This document shows, piece by piece, positions 36,441 through 44,275 of a stretch of DNA of 64,000 nucleotides (positions within the stretch are counted from its first letter, which is position 1; every line of letters begins with the position of its first letter). The DNA comes from a virus: IMG/VR virus record IMGVR_UViG_3300045988_147856, one strand, 5' to 3'. The notes under the pieces were generated by a model that ran no database searches, had not been told where the DNA came from, and was given only the letters and a program-made list of their open reading frames with translations. A program made the position numbers and the translations under genes.

Positions 36441-39400
36441 TTATTTTTTCATTTTCTTAAACTCATTAAGAATATCTGTAACGATTTGCTTGTGAGCTCT
36501 ACGCAGCTCGCCAACCGTCTTCTCGTCAGCCGATCCATTAATAACAACGTCGCCGACTGTAATATTACACGGAGACGCTATAGACACGGATGACGCAGCA
36601 GACAGAGACTTAATCATTGAGCCGAGCACCTCACCGGGCTGATTAGCCCACTTGTAAAGAAACTCACTTGCCTTGGCGTTGAACACCTTGTCGCCGTCAT
36701 TGAGGAACTTGTAGCGACCCTTGTCGGGGGAGCCGAGTATAAGCTCAAGACCCTTTTCGTCAATGTTGGCTATACCGCCTTTGGCATGGGGAGTACCCGT
36801 AGCGTAACCTTGAATATCAGACTTCCACACCCAACCGGTATACGCGCCGTTAACGCCTATGAGGACTTGGTTGCCCTTGACCTGATAAACGGTATACTTG
36901 CCTCCGGGGACATGAGATGCCATTTTTGCGTTGCCGCTTTGAGAAGAGAAGTGCGTTGCTGACTTCTTGATAGTCACCTTATCACCACGGTTGGGTCCAG
37001 ACTTCCGACTTGTATTAGAAGAACCGCTGGACTTGCCCGCATTTTTAGCGATGGTTTGCGCCGCATCTTTTGCACTCGTTCTCTGGGTTGCCCTCTCGCG
37101 AGCTTCACGCTCGGCGGCGGTCTCATACTTACCCTTGTTGTAGCCCGTCATATTGTCGAGCTTCATGCCGTAGTTGTCGTCGAGTAGACTATTGTAACGG
37201 TTAAGAGCCTCGTATGCGGCTTCCCATTTTTCTGTGATTGAACGATCAATTCCGTCGCCGTAAGCCCGGTTGTACTCAATCATCTCCTGATATAGTTGAG
37301 CATTACCGTTCTGCAAGTCTTCGATGGCTTGCCGACGAAGCTCATAGGCGTTGTCAAGGTAGTCCTCGATAGCTTCTATTTGCTTCTCGTAATACTGCGT
37401 CTGCATCTCTTCGAGGTCGTCGTACATCTTTTCAGCCTTGTCGAGTTCCTCATCGCGCTCAAAGTCGTTTAAGTCTTTCTTAGCGTCGGAGAGACTCTCT
37501 TCAAGTTCGAGACGGCGCTTCTGCGCTTCAACGGAGTCGTCTGCTTCGAGTTCAAGCAATTCCGCCTGTATATCTGTAACCTTCTTACGCTTCTCGCGGC
37601 GCTCTTCCTCTTTGTCTATCTGGTCGTAGTGTTCCTTGAGGAGGTCGCGCTGTTTGTCGTAGAAATCTTTTACATTATCTTGACGCTCTTTGAGAACATC
37701 TTTCTCATTGTTCTTCTCCTGCTTAAGCATATCAATGCGAAGGTCGATAAGGTCTTCAAGGGCGTCCTGTGAGTCCTTAGCCTGTTGTTCCTCAAACTTG
37801 TGGATAGCCTCTTCATTTTCACGCCACTCTTCGGCGTACTTGGTCTTGTCGTTGAGGTATTTCTTGTAGTTCGCCGCGAGCCATGTGTAATACTCGCCCT
37901 CATCGATTTTACCCATTTCGAGCTCATGCTTCTTGAGGTCAACAGCTTCATTCCAGTCGTCGAGGCGTTTCTGCTTCTTCCACTTGTAGATTTCCTCTTC
38001 GTACTTACGCCACTCTTCAGCATACTTCTTTTGGTTGTTGAGTTGCCTTTTGTAGTTAGCTTCAAGCCAAGCGTAGTATTGCTCTTCGGTAATCTGATCC
38101 ATTTCGAGCTGGTGCTTCTTAACAGCCAACATCTCGTTCCACGCTTTAAGGCGCGGGTCGCTGGAAGATGAAGAGGAAGAAGATGAGGAAGACGAGGACT
38201 TAGATTTAGAAGACCCACCGCTGTAGTAGGTGTCAAAGTCGCCGACGTTTTGAATACGTCCGACATTTGCCTTGTATTTTTCGAGCTGACTTATCTCCGA
38301 CTGAAGATTCTTTACGTTATCAGCGTATTTGTTATTATAATCGGAAGAGCTCTTGCCAGCCTGTGCCAACATTTTGTTGACCTCTGACTCAAACATATTA
38401 GAGAAGTTAATAGTAGTGAACTTACCGGCTTTGATTTGAGCGAGAGCTTGCTTAAGGACATTAAGTACGGCGGCAAATTTAATGCTCGGTTTTATCGCGT
38501 CATCGAATATAGCCTGAGACAAAACCGCTAATGTGCCTCTGAATTTGTACATCGCTAACTGGCTTTGCTTTAAATTTATCTCTTCTTGAATACTCGTTTG
38601 AATGGCTTGGATTTGTGTCATAACCATTTTTTTGCGAGCATCAGTAGCTAAGTGTATCGCGCCAGTCTCATCAATTTCCAAAACCTCTGCATATTTAGAG
38701 TTCTTTTCAATAAGAGACAGATATGTTTGTAGCGATATTTCGCCCGTATTGTTTTGCTCTTCCATAGCCGCAGTTAAATCATCGTAAGTGGCTTTAACCG
38801 CAGTCATGGCGGTAGACAACTCTTTAGCTGAGTCTATATTGCCCGACACGCCGTCCAAACTCTTACCAAAAGAGGTTGACAAGTTATCGGCTGCTTTTGA
38901 ATAGCTTTCCGAAACTCTCTCACTTTCATTAACGAACTCTTGGGCTATCTCACCAATTGAACCAAAGAACTCAAAAATTTGAGAAGAGTCTATACCGTCA
39001 ATCTGGAAAACCGAAGACAGGAAGTCCTGTACTTCATCTGAAAGACTACCAAATTTATCTTCAAACTGAGAGCGGAACTCATCGCCCGTGAGAGATAAGA
39101 ACTTATTTATAGACTCTTTTGCTTCATCGGAGGCGTCCTCCCAGTTGCCAAAAATTTTGCTGAGGTCTGCAAGGTCTTGCATCTCACTAACGGTTTGAGC
39201 GTATTCATCAGTAGCCGCCGTGGAGTTGCCAAAGCTTGCGGCAAGGGCATCTATACCACCCGCAAATTCAACAAAAGCATCGTACTCTTCTTTATCCGGG
39301 ATAGCTTTATGCAAAGCTTTTTCAAAGTCTTCCATGCTCTTTGAGCTCTTGTCGTCACCCACATAGCGAGCGACTCGCTCAAGTTCAGATACTGCACTGT

Positions 39401-40613
39401 CGTTAACGGCAATACTTGAGAGCTTTGTATGAAGAGCCTCAGCCTTTTGGTCTGCATCGAGAAGCGCAAACTTCATTTTTTCAGCAAACTCAATCGCTTC
39501 AGGATTTTGATATTTTTCGACCTTTGTAACAGATTTTGAAAGAGAGGCTTCAAGATCTGCGATTTCTTTCTCAAGACGTGCTTTCTCCGAAGAGAGTGTC
39601 TCTAAATCATAACCTTGTTTATAGAGGTTGTTGTATTCCTCTTTTGCCTTATTGAGCTGCTTCAGGGTTGCTAAATCTTTATCATAGCTTGACTCGCCAA
39701 AAAGGCTGTATTCAGATTTAAAATAAGTTCGCCGTGCGCTATTTTCATCTTTATAATGGGTATACCAGCCCCACGCCTTTTCGTCGTCTTTGCGCGCCTG
39801 CTCTTCTTCGATTTCTTGCTTTTTCTGATAATACTCAAGCTGAAGTGACAACTCTTGGTTTTGCTTTTTAAGCTCTTCGGTTTCAGCCTTATCCGCCAGC
39901 GACGGATTCTTTATCGCTTCAAGCTCGACGAGGCGATCTTTTACTTTCTTTAACGCCTCTTCCTGATTGTTCAACTCTTCAGTTGTTTCCTTGTATTGAG
40001 TGCGAGACGCTTCAGCTTTTTCATCAAGCTTATCCTGCATATGGATAAGATAGTCAAATCCCTCAATTAGCTTCTGTATCGCAAACTGAGCAACAACAGT
40101 GACAAGCATACCTGCGGCGGCTTTGAAGATATTAAGACCGACGGCGGCGAGTTTTGATTTAATACCCGTAGCCTCTATTTGGGCGGCGGCGTTCTTCTGA
40201 TATTTTACGAAACCATCCCATGTGGGCTCGCCGTCTTTGCAAGTGTCGATATACTCCTGAACGGATTTGCTCATTTTATCATAAACTTCAGGAGCTTGTT
40301 CGAGAGACGCTTTTTTATATTGATTGATGTCGCTCTTGTTTTTCTTTCCAGCATCAGTCTCTAAATCAACAGACTCGCTTATCATTGCAGCAAGTTCTTT
40401 TCGAGTCTCTTTAGCGCTATTTTTTACCTTACTTATCTCTTGACGCACAGCGGAACCCCAAGACGCAGCGTGAGTAATACCACTCTTAAATGTGCCATCC
40501 CAGTTAATACCGGCTGTCAGCTCTTGGTATTTTTTCTTTATATCATCGAGTTGGGCTCCAAAAATAGCTAAATCACCAAATGAAGTACCGCTGCCCTTAG
40601 TAGTGAATATCTT
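36441..40613 (-). CDS. Tape measure protein, C-terminal part (putative exon 2); 5' boundary approximate
   Basis: - The frame is open from about 40613 (KIFTTKGSGTSFGDLAIFGAQ..), upstream of the GTG listed at 40448.
- Long coiled coil.
- Tandem 45-aa repeats and a poly-Ser run.
- C-terminal SH3-like region. Confidence 0.75.
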   Translation of the reverse strand, partial: KIFTTKGSGTSFGDLAIFGAQLDDIKKKYQELTAGINWDGTFKSGITHAASWGSAVRQEISKVKNSAKETRKELAAMISESVDLETDAGKKNKSDINQYKKASLEQAPEVYDKMSKSVQEYIDTCKDGEPTWDGFVKYQKNAAAQIEATGIKSKLAAVGLNIFKAAAGMLVTVVAQFAIQKLIEGFDYLIHMQDKLDEKAEASRTQYKETTEELNNQEEALKKVKDRLVELEAIKNPSLADKAETEELKKQNQELSLQLEYYQKKQEIEEEQARKDDEKAWGWYTHYKDENSARRTYFKSEYSLFGESSYDKDLATLKQLNKAKEEYNNLYKQGYDLETLSSEKARLEKEIADLEASLSKSVTKVEKYQNPEAIEFAEKMKFALLDADQKAEALHTKLSSIAVNDSAVSELERVARYVGDDKSSKSMEDFEKALHKAIPDKEEYDAFVEFAGGIDALAASFGNSTAATDEYAQTVSEMQDLADLSKIFGNWEDASDEAKESINKFLSLTGDEFRSQFEDKFGSLSDEVQDFLSSVFQIDGIDSSQIFEFFGSIGEIAQEFVNESERVSESYSKAADNLSTSFGKSLDGVSGNIDSAKELSTAMTAVKATYDDLTAAMEEQNNTGEISLQTYLSLIEKNSKYAEVLEIDETGAIHLATDARKKMVMTQIQAIQTSIQEEINLKQSQLAMYKFRGTLAVLSQAIFDDAIKPSIKFAAVLNVLKQALAQIKAGKFTTINFSNMFESEVNKMLAQAGKSSSDYNNKYADNVKNLQSEISQLEKYKANVGRIQNVGDFDTYYSGGSSKSKSSSSSSSSSSSSSDPRLKAWNEMLAVKKHQLEMDQITEEQYYAWLEANYKRQLNNQKKYAEEWRKYEEEIYKWKKQKRLDDWNEAVDLKKHELEMGKIDEGEYYTWLAANYKKYLNDKTKYAEEWRENEEAIHKFEEQQAKDSQDALEDLIDLRIDMLKQEKNNEKDVLKERQDNVKDFYDKQRDLLKEHYDQIDKEEERREKRKKVTDIQAELLELEADDSVEAQKRRLELEESLSDAKKDLNDFERDEELDKAEKMYDDLEEMQTQYYEKQIEAIEDYLDNAYELRRQAIEDLQNGNAQLYQEMIEYNRAYGDGIDRSITEKWEAAYEALNRYNSLLDDNYGMKLDNMTGYNKGKYETAAEREARERATQRTSAKDAAQTIAKNAGKSSGSSNTSRKSGPNRGDKVTIKKSATHFSSQSGNAKMASHVPGGKYTVYQVKGNQVLIGVNGAYTGWVWKSDIQGYATGTPHAKGGIANIDEKGLELILGSPDKGRYKFLNDGDKVFNAKASEFLYKWANQPGEVLGSMIKSLSAASSVSIASPCNITVGDVVINGSADEKTVGELRRAHKQIVTDILNEFKKMKK
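37790..38215 (-). repeat. Internal tandem duplication and poly-Ser run within the tape measure
   Basis: WNEMLAVKKHQLEMDQITEEQYYAWLEANYK.. and WNEAVDLKKHELEMGKIDEGEYYTWLAANYK.. repeats, preceded by a run of 12 Ser. Confidence 0.6.
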
Positions 40614-40673
40614 TCATATTATACTGCTTTGGGGATAAGCAAAATAATATTATAACAAAGGGAGTAGATACAA

Positions 40674-41183
40674 ATGGCAAAAGTGTTTTTTTGCCCACAT
40701 TGTGGAAATGATTTAAACCTGTCAAGCAGCTCCGACCTTATACAATATAAAAATGGTGTATGCCAATATTGTGGGTTTGTGGGAAGTTTTTTGGATGTTG
40801 GACTGAACTATGATGAGTTTATCGACCAGCTCGGAGATTATTTGACAAAAATAAATCAGGACGATACCTTTGAAAATATGTGGTACGCCCAAATAAAGAT
40901 GTTCAAAATAGACCAAGATTCGCGCTTCGACAAAGAAGCGTCGCTTAAATCAATGAAGGACAAGGATAAAGAATTACTTGAAGCACACTTGCAGTTTATA
41001 GCCAAAAGAAACGCTGAAAAGCAACGCGAAGCCGCCGCAAAACTCCACTGTCCAACCTGCGGGTCAACTAACATTAAAAAACTCGACGTCGTTGACCGCG
41101 CAGTATCTGTGGGGTTCTTCGGTATCTTTTCTAATAAGATAAACAAGAGCTTTAAGTGCAAGGACTGCGGGTGTACTTGGTAA
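40674..41183 (+). CDS. Double zinc-ribbon protein (cargo gene)
   Basis: CPHCG...CQYCG at the N-terminus and CPTCG...CKDCG at the C-terminus. RBS AAAGGGAG. Confidence 0.5.
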   Translation: MAKVFFCPHCGNDLNLSSSSDLIQYKNGVCQYCGFVGSFLDVGLNYDEFIDQLGDYLTKINQDDTFENMWYAQIKMFKIDQDSRFDKEASLKSMKDKDKELLEAHLQFIAKRNAEKQREAAAKLHCPTCGSTNIKKLDVVDRAVSVGFFGIFSNKINKSFKCKDCGCTW

Positions 41184-41210
41184 TTAGCATTTGATGGCAA
41201 AAACTATAAT

Positions 41211-41265
41211 AGCCGCCAGCAATATTGACGAACTAATTAATGATACTGGCGGCTATATTTTTTTT
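41211..41265. terminator. Bidirectional terminator between the zinc-ribbon gene and toxN
   Basis: AGCCGCCAG...CTGGCGGCT followed by a T8 run. Confidence 0.6.
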
Positions 41266-41267
41266 AA

Positions 41268-41807
41268 TTATGTGTTTGAGTTATATTCACGGGATTTGCT
41301 TTCAAGAAATTTGAAATCGACGCACCGACACGAAACTTTATCATTCGGGTAATTAAGCTTTAATTGATAAAGCCGAAAAGCCTTTTTCTCAATACCTAAT
41401 TCGTTAATCTTAGATATCTCTTTCTTCAATAAGTCTATGTATTTTCCTTTTTCGGCAGAGGATGGAAATGTCCGATACTGGTCGATATCGCCATAATCTA
41501 AAGTTTTAAGCATCGTTTTTGGCAAAGGGAACATATAGTTTAAGTTAACAACAGCAATCAACCGATCCGGAGCTCCTGAAGAGCCGCCCGGGAGGTAAAT
41601 TTTTTGAAAATCTAAGGCGTCGCGCATACTATGATGACGAGACTTGGGGTGAGATACCTGTGTAACATACACCAGCTCATCCATCTCAAAGAGAGTACCA
41701 AAGAACGGCTTAAATTTAGTCTCGCCATAATCTGAGTGTGGGATTCTGGGCTCAAATCCTCGAAGGTAGTTCAAATAATCCTCGCTAATAATTACCCAAT
41801 TTTGCAT
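41268..41807 (-). CDS. toxN: Type III toxin, AbiQ/ToxN-family endoribonuclease
   Basis: 179 aa. YLNYLRGFEPRIP...FFGTLFEMDELVYVTQVSHPKSRHH...NLNYMFPLP...CVDFKFLESKSREY parallels AbiQ/ToxN along the full length. The RNA repeats lie upstream. Confidence 0.8.
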   Translation of the reverse strand: MQNWVIISEDYLNYLRGFEPRIPHSDYGETKFKPFFGTLFEMDELVYVTQVSHPKSRHHSMRDALDFQKIYLPGGSSGAPDRLIAVVNLNYMFPLPKTMLKTLDYGDIDQYRTFPSSAEKGKYIDLLKKEISKINELGIEKKAFRLYQLKLNYPNDKVSCRCVDFKFLESKSREYNSNT

Positions 41808-41847
41808 TTTCGCTCCTATAAAAAATGGTCACATTTTAAATGCGACC

Positions 41848-41920
41848 ATTAATACGATTTTGGTAGGATTCGTAACCTCTATTAATACGATTTTGGTAGG
41901 ATTCGTAACCTCTATTAATA
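41848..41920 (-). ncRNA. toxI: Type III antitoxin RNA (ToxI/antiQ-like), 2.2 tandem 33-nt repeats
   Basis: - Identical units at 41848-41880 and 41881-41913, plus a 7-nt partial third unit.
- RNA unit: AGAGGUUACGAAUCCUACCAAAAUCGUAUUAAU.
- Hairpin ATGGTC..GACCAT (41825-41846) separates the repeats from the toxin RBS. Confidence 0.75.
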
Positions 41921-41948
41921 GTATACATAAAAGGATCGAAAATGTCAA
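41920..41948 (-). promoter_or_regulatory. Promoter of the toxI-toxN unit
   Basis: TTGACA, 17 nt spacer, TATACT on the minus strand, ending right at the first repeat. Confidence 0.6.
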
Positions 41949-41985
41949 CTCAAAAAAATAATAAATTTTAGCCAGTCGCGTCCTC

Positions 41986-42183
41986 TTATTTCCCTTGATT
42001 ATTATTGTCTCTTTCACAAAAGGATAAGCCACGCAGATTTGCTGTAGAAATAAGACTTCCTGAATTAGAAACATTAGCTCTAACCTTGGCGTTTGCCGAT
42101 TCTATAAGATTTTTGTCCCTGTTACGAACAGGTGTAGAACGTTTTAAAACACCACCCATAAGCCTTTTCAACCTTTCAAACAA
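41986..42183 (-). CDS. Small basic 65-aa protein (cargo gene)
   Basis: Promoter TTGGCT-17-TATAAT, then RBS GGTGGAG and a TTG start. Confidence 0.4.
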   Translation of the reverse strand: MFERLKRLMGGVLKRSTPVRNRDKNLIESANAKVRANVSNSGSLISTANLRGLSFCERDNNNQGK

Positions 42184-42309
42184 TTTTCTCCACCTCTATT
42201 ATATAATGAAACAATGCAACAGCCAAGAATAATCGCGCCTTATACGAAATATTGTTCTCAATCTTTTATTAATCGTAGTCACATTAAACTCCTCTTTTTC
42301 CAAATAATT

Positions 42310-42588
42310 TTAGCCTACAACGACCGCCGCAAACCAGCTAATTATTATGTCTATAAGAAATATTGCCTTTGCGCTGATTCGCACTCGGTTGCTCTTCCCG
42401 AGAGGATATCTTATTATCTCTACAAGAAGAGAGCCGCCGAATACAGCAAAGACTATTATGGAGTATATTCCCATAGGTGTAGTACCGGCAATCTTCACTG
42501 TTGCGGCTATTAAGAAGACCACCACCAGCACCACTAATATTGATGCGGCGAAGGATAGGTATATCTTATCGTAGTGAGAAGGGGTCAT
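42310..42588 (-). CDS. Three-TM small membrane protein (cargo gene)
   Basis: 92 aa with three hydrophobic helices; RBS AAAGGA. Confidence 0.5.
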   Translation of the reverse strand: MTPSHYDKIYLSFAASILVVLVVVFLIAATVKIAGTTPMGIYSIIVFAVFGGSLLVEIIRYPLGKSNRVRISAKAIFLIDIIISWFAAVVVG

Positions 42589-42616
42589 TTCTTACATTCC
42601 TTTCGTTCTAAATAGC

Positions 42617-42651
42617 AAAACAGTGCCCTACAAAAAATAGGGCACTGTTTT
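42617..42651. terminator. Bidirectional intrinsic terminator
   Basis: AAAACAGTGCCCTA...TAGGGCACTGTTTT. Confidence 0.7.
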
Positions 42652-42664
42652 ATTATGCCTTTTA

Positions 42665-42693
42665 TTGACTTTTGCTTTTGATAATAATATAAT
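42665..42693 (+). promoter_or_regulatory. Sigma-A-type promoter
   Basis: TTGACT, 17 nt spacer, TATAAT. Confidence 0.6.
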
Positions 42694-42760
42694 AGATGAT
42701 AGTGGATCCACCGTTGTAATTGTTTAACGGTTTCACGGTTAAAAAGACGGTTGCTGATAT

Positions 42761-42813
42761 CCCGCGAGGAGCGGAGTGCAGCAAGCATACCACCTCGTGG
42801 GGAGATCTTTTTT
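42761..42813 (+). promoter_or_regulatory. Terminator/attenuator-like hairpin in the leader, just before the small ORF's RBS
   Basis: CCCGCGAGG...CCTCGTGGG followed by AGATCTTTTTT. Confidence 0.45.
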
Positions 42814-42826
42814 CTCAAGGAAGGTG

Positions 42827-42931
42827 ATGTGTATAACTTTACTCTTTAATGTGATAGGGGCAGTGGCTTCTATTACAACAATAATTATGTTTGTGATATA
42901 CGTATACGAACATCATATAGAGAAAAAGTAA
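42827..42931 (+). CDS. 34-aa hydrophobic peptide, type I toxin-like
   Basis: RBS AAGGAAGG. MCITLLFNVIGAVASITTIIMFVIYVYEHHIEKK has one TM helix and a charged tail. Confidence 0.5.
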   Translation: MCITLLFNVIGAVASITTIIMFVIYVYEHHIEKK

Positions 42932-43057
42932 GCCGTCTATAGCGAGTAGACGACTTACTAATTCGAGAATGTAAATTCTCACTTATAAAGTTGATACTAC
43001 AGCAACCGTCTGGATGTACTACTGGGGAGATGTTTGTTCACAGCAAACGTCTCCTTA
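42921..43057 (-). ncRNA. Predicted convergent antisense sRNA overlapping the 3' end of the small-peptide gene (type I antitoxin-like)
   Basis: The minus-strand promoter at 43064-43092 points into the region. A minus-strand terminator (stem arms 42958-42947 and 42939-42928, then UUUUU) overlaps the ORF stop codon. Confidence 0.4.
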
Positions 43058-43063
43058 GTTATT

Positions 43064-43092
43064 ATTATATCGATGTCTTCAAATTAAGTCAA
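43064..43092 (-). promoter_or_regulatory. Sigma-A-type promoter for the antisense RNA
   Basis: TTGACT, 17 nt spacer, TATAAT on the minus strand. Confidence 0.55.
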
Positions 43093-43161
43093 TAAGTTTA
43101 AAAAATTTTACATTTTTTGAAACAATATCTAAAAATTTTGAAGATGCACTTATCTTTTTTG

Positions 43162-44202
43162 TTAATCTTTATCTTTGTCTATCTTATGAACCACCACGGG
43201 ACTTTCGTCGTCGTCAACACCAACGGCAATAGGTGATATCCATTTTAATATAAGCTTGCGAGTAGATGGTTCTTTCATAGAACCAGTCCAGAAATTATGC
43301 CAATGCCCGCGTCTGATATGAGGGCGGGGAGAAGCATGGGTTCCGGTGGACACCGAAGACTGTTTATACTGCACTCGCTTGTATTGCCTAAAAGACGCAC
43401 CAACACGAACTCCGACATCCCACTTGCGAATCTCGCTATACTTATCCTTGATGCGGCTTGGCGATCTACGGGTTATTGTTTTCTGCTCAGGATTCTCTTC
43501 TATATCAGCATTTGACGCGCAGATATAAAGGACAACCTGTAACATCTTGCTCATAAACGAGACAAGAGTATCGGCAATATCCATATCCAACATAAACTTT
43601 TGAGCCTTGTCGTATTGCCCCGACTCGTAAAGATATTTATATCCCTCTTGACGAGTATATTCAAGATTGTCATAAAGGTTCTCTTGATTAAGATGTATCG
43701 GAAACGCATACGGCATATTGTTCTTATTTAGACACAAGAAGCGTAGCTCTCTGTCCTGTGTGTCCGTATCATACTCCATATGCACAAAGGCTCCAATGAC
43801 CTTATCGTCGCCAAAGTAAAGATTATTGAACTGTATATAGAAACATTGATAGGGGAGGTGCGACAAAACTTCGCTCGGTATATCGAGACAATCTTCTTGT
43901 GCGAATAGCACCTCTTCCATCTCGGGGTCAAGGACAAATACTTCTTTGCTGAGTCTCCACGGCGCGAGAGCGGCGAGTGTAGCCCCAATACGCACCACGT
44001 CCGACTCGTTCTTAAAGTCAGTCTCGCTCTCCACAACAGCCTTTGCCGCCGCTATAGGCACATAGCAATCACTATCCCAACGCGGCAGACCGCCTTGTCC
44101 GTTATGTGAATGAATATCGGACAGCAAGTCCCACGCTTTAGGACATAACCCAGTTGCTTGCTTTAACAAGTCTAACGGCGGGTAGTCTTTGACCTTTCCC
44201 AT
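43162..44202 (-). CDS. Orphan 346-aa protein adjacent to the intron core; no recognised nuclease or RT motif
   Basis: Own promoter and RBS AGAGGTG. The basic C-terminus reads SPRPHIRRGHWHNFWTGS. Confidence 0.55.
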   Translation of the reverse strand: MGKVKDYPPLDLLKQATGLCPKAWDLLSDIHSHNGQGGLPRWDSDCYVPIAAAKAVVESETDFKNESDVVRIGATLAALAPWRLSKEVFVLDPEMEEVLFAQEDCLDIPSEVLSHLPYQCFYIQFNNLYFGDDKVIGAFVHMEYDTDTQDRELRFLCLNKNNMPYAFPIHLNQENLYDNLEYTRQEGYKYLYESGQYDKAQKFMLDMDIADTLVSFMSKMLQVVLYICASNADIEENPEQKTITRRSPSRIKDKYSEIRKWDVGVRVGASFRQYKRVQYKQSSVSTGTHASPRPHIRRGHWHNFWTGSMKEPSTRKLILKWISPIAVGVDDDESPVVVHKIDKDKD

Positions 44203-44233
44203 TAATTACACCTCTGCTATATTTCTTAGATAT

Positions 44234-44261
44234 ATTATAGCAGAAGCCAAGAAATTTTCAA
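44234..44261 (-). promoter_or_regulatory. Sigma-A-type promoter for the 346-aa gene
   Basis: TTGAAA, 16 nt spacer, TATAAT on the minus strand. Confidence 0.6.
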
Positions 44262-44275
44262 TCATTTTTGCGCCC

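Noticed and set aside
40596-40612. The 12-13 nt complementarity between exon-2 AUAUUCACUACUA (40612-40600) and intron UAGUAGUAAUAU (about 44518-44507) was considered as a P10/IGS pairing that would define the 3' splice site.
   Set aside because: - It sits about 100 nt into the intron rather than in a P1 context.
- It is AU-rich and could be chance.
- No matching 5'-exon pairing with a U-G was found, so I do not use it to assign splice sites.
41848-41920. The tandem repeats (here and at 63315-63420) were considered as CRISPR arrays.
   Set aside because: The units are directly abutting with no spacers. There are only 2-3 copies and no cas genes.
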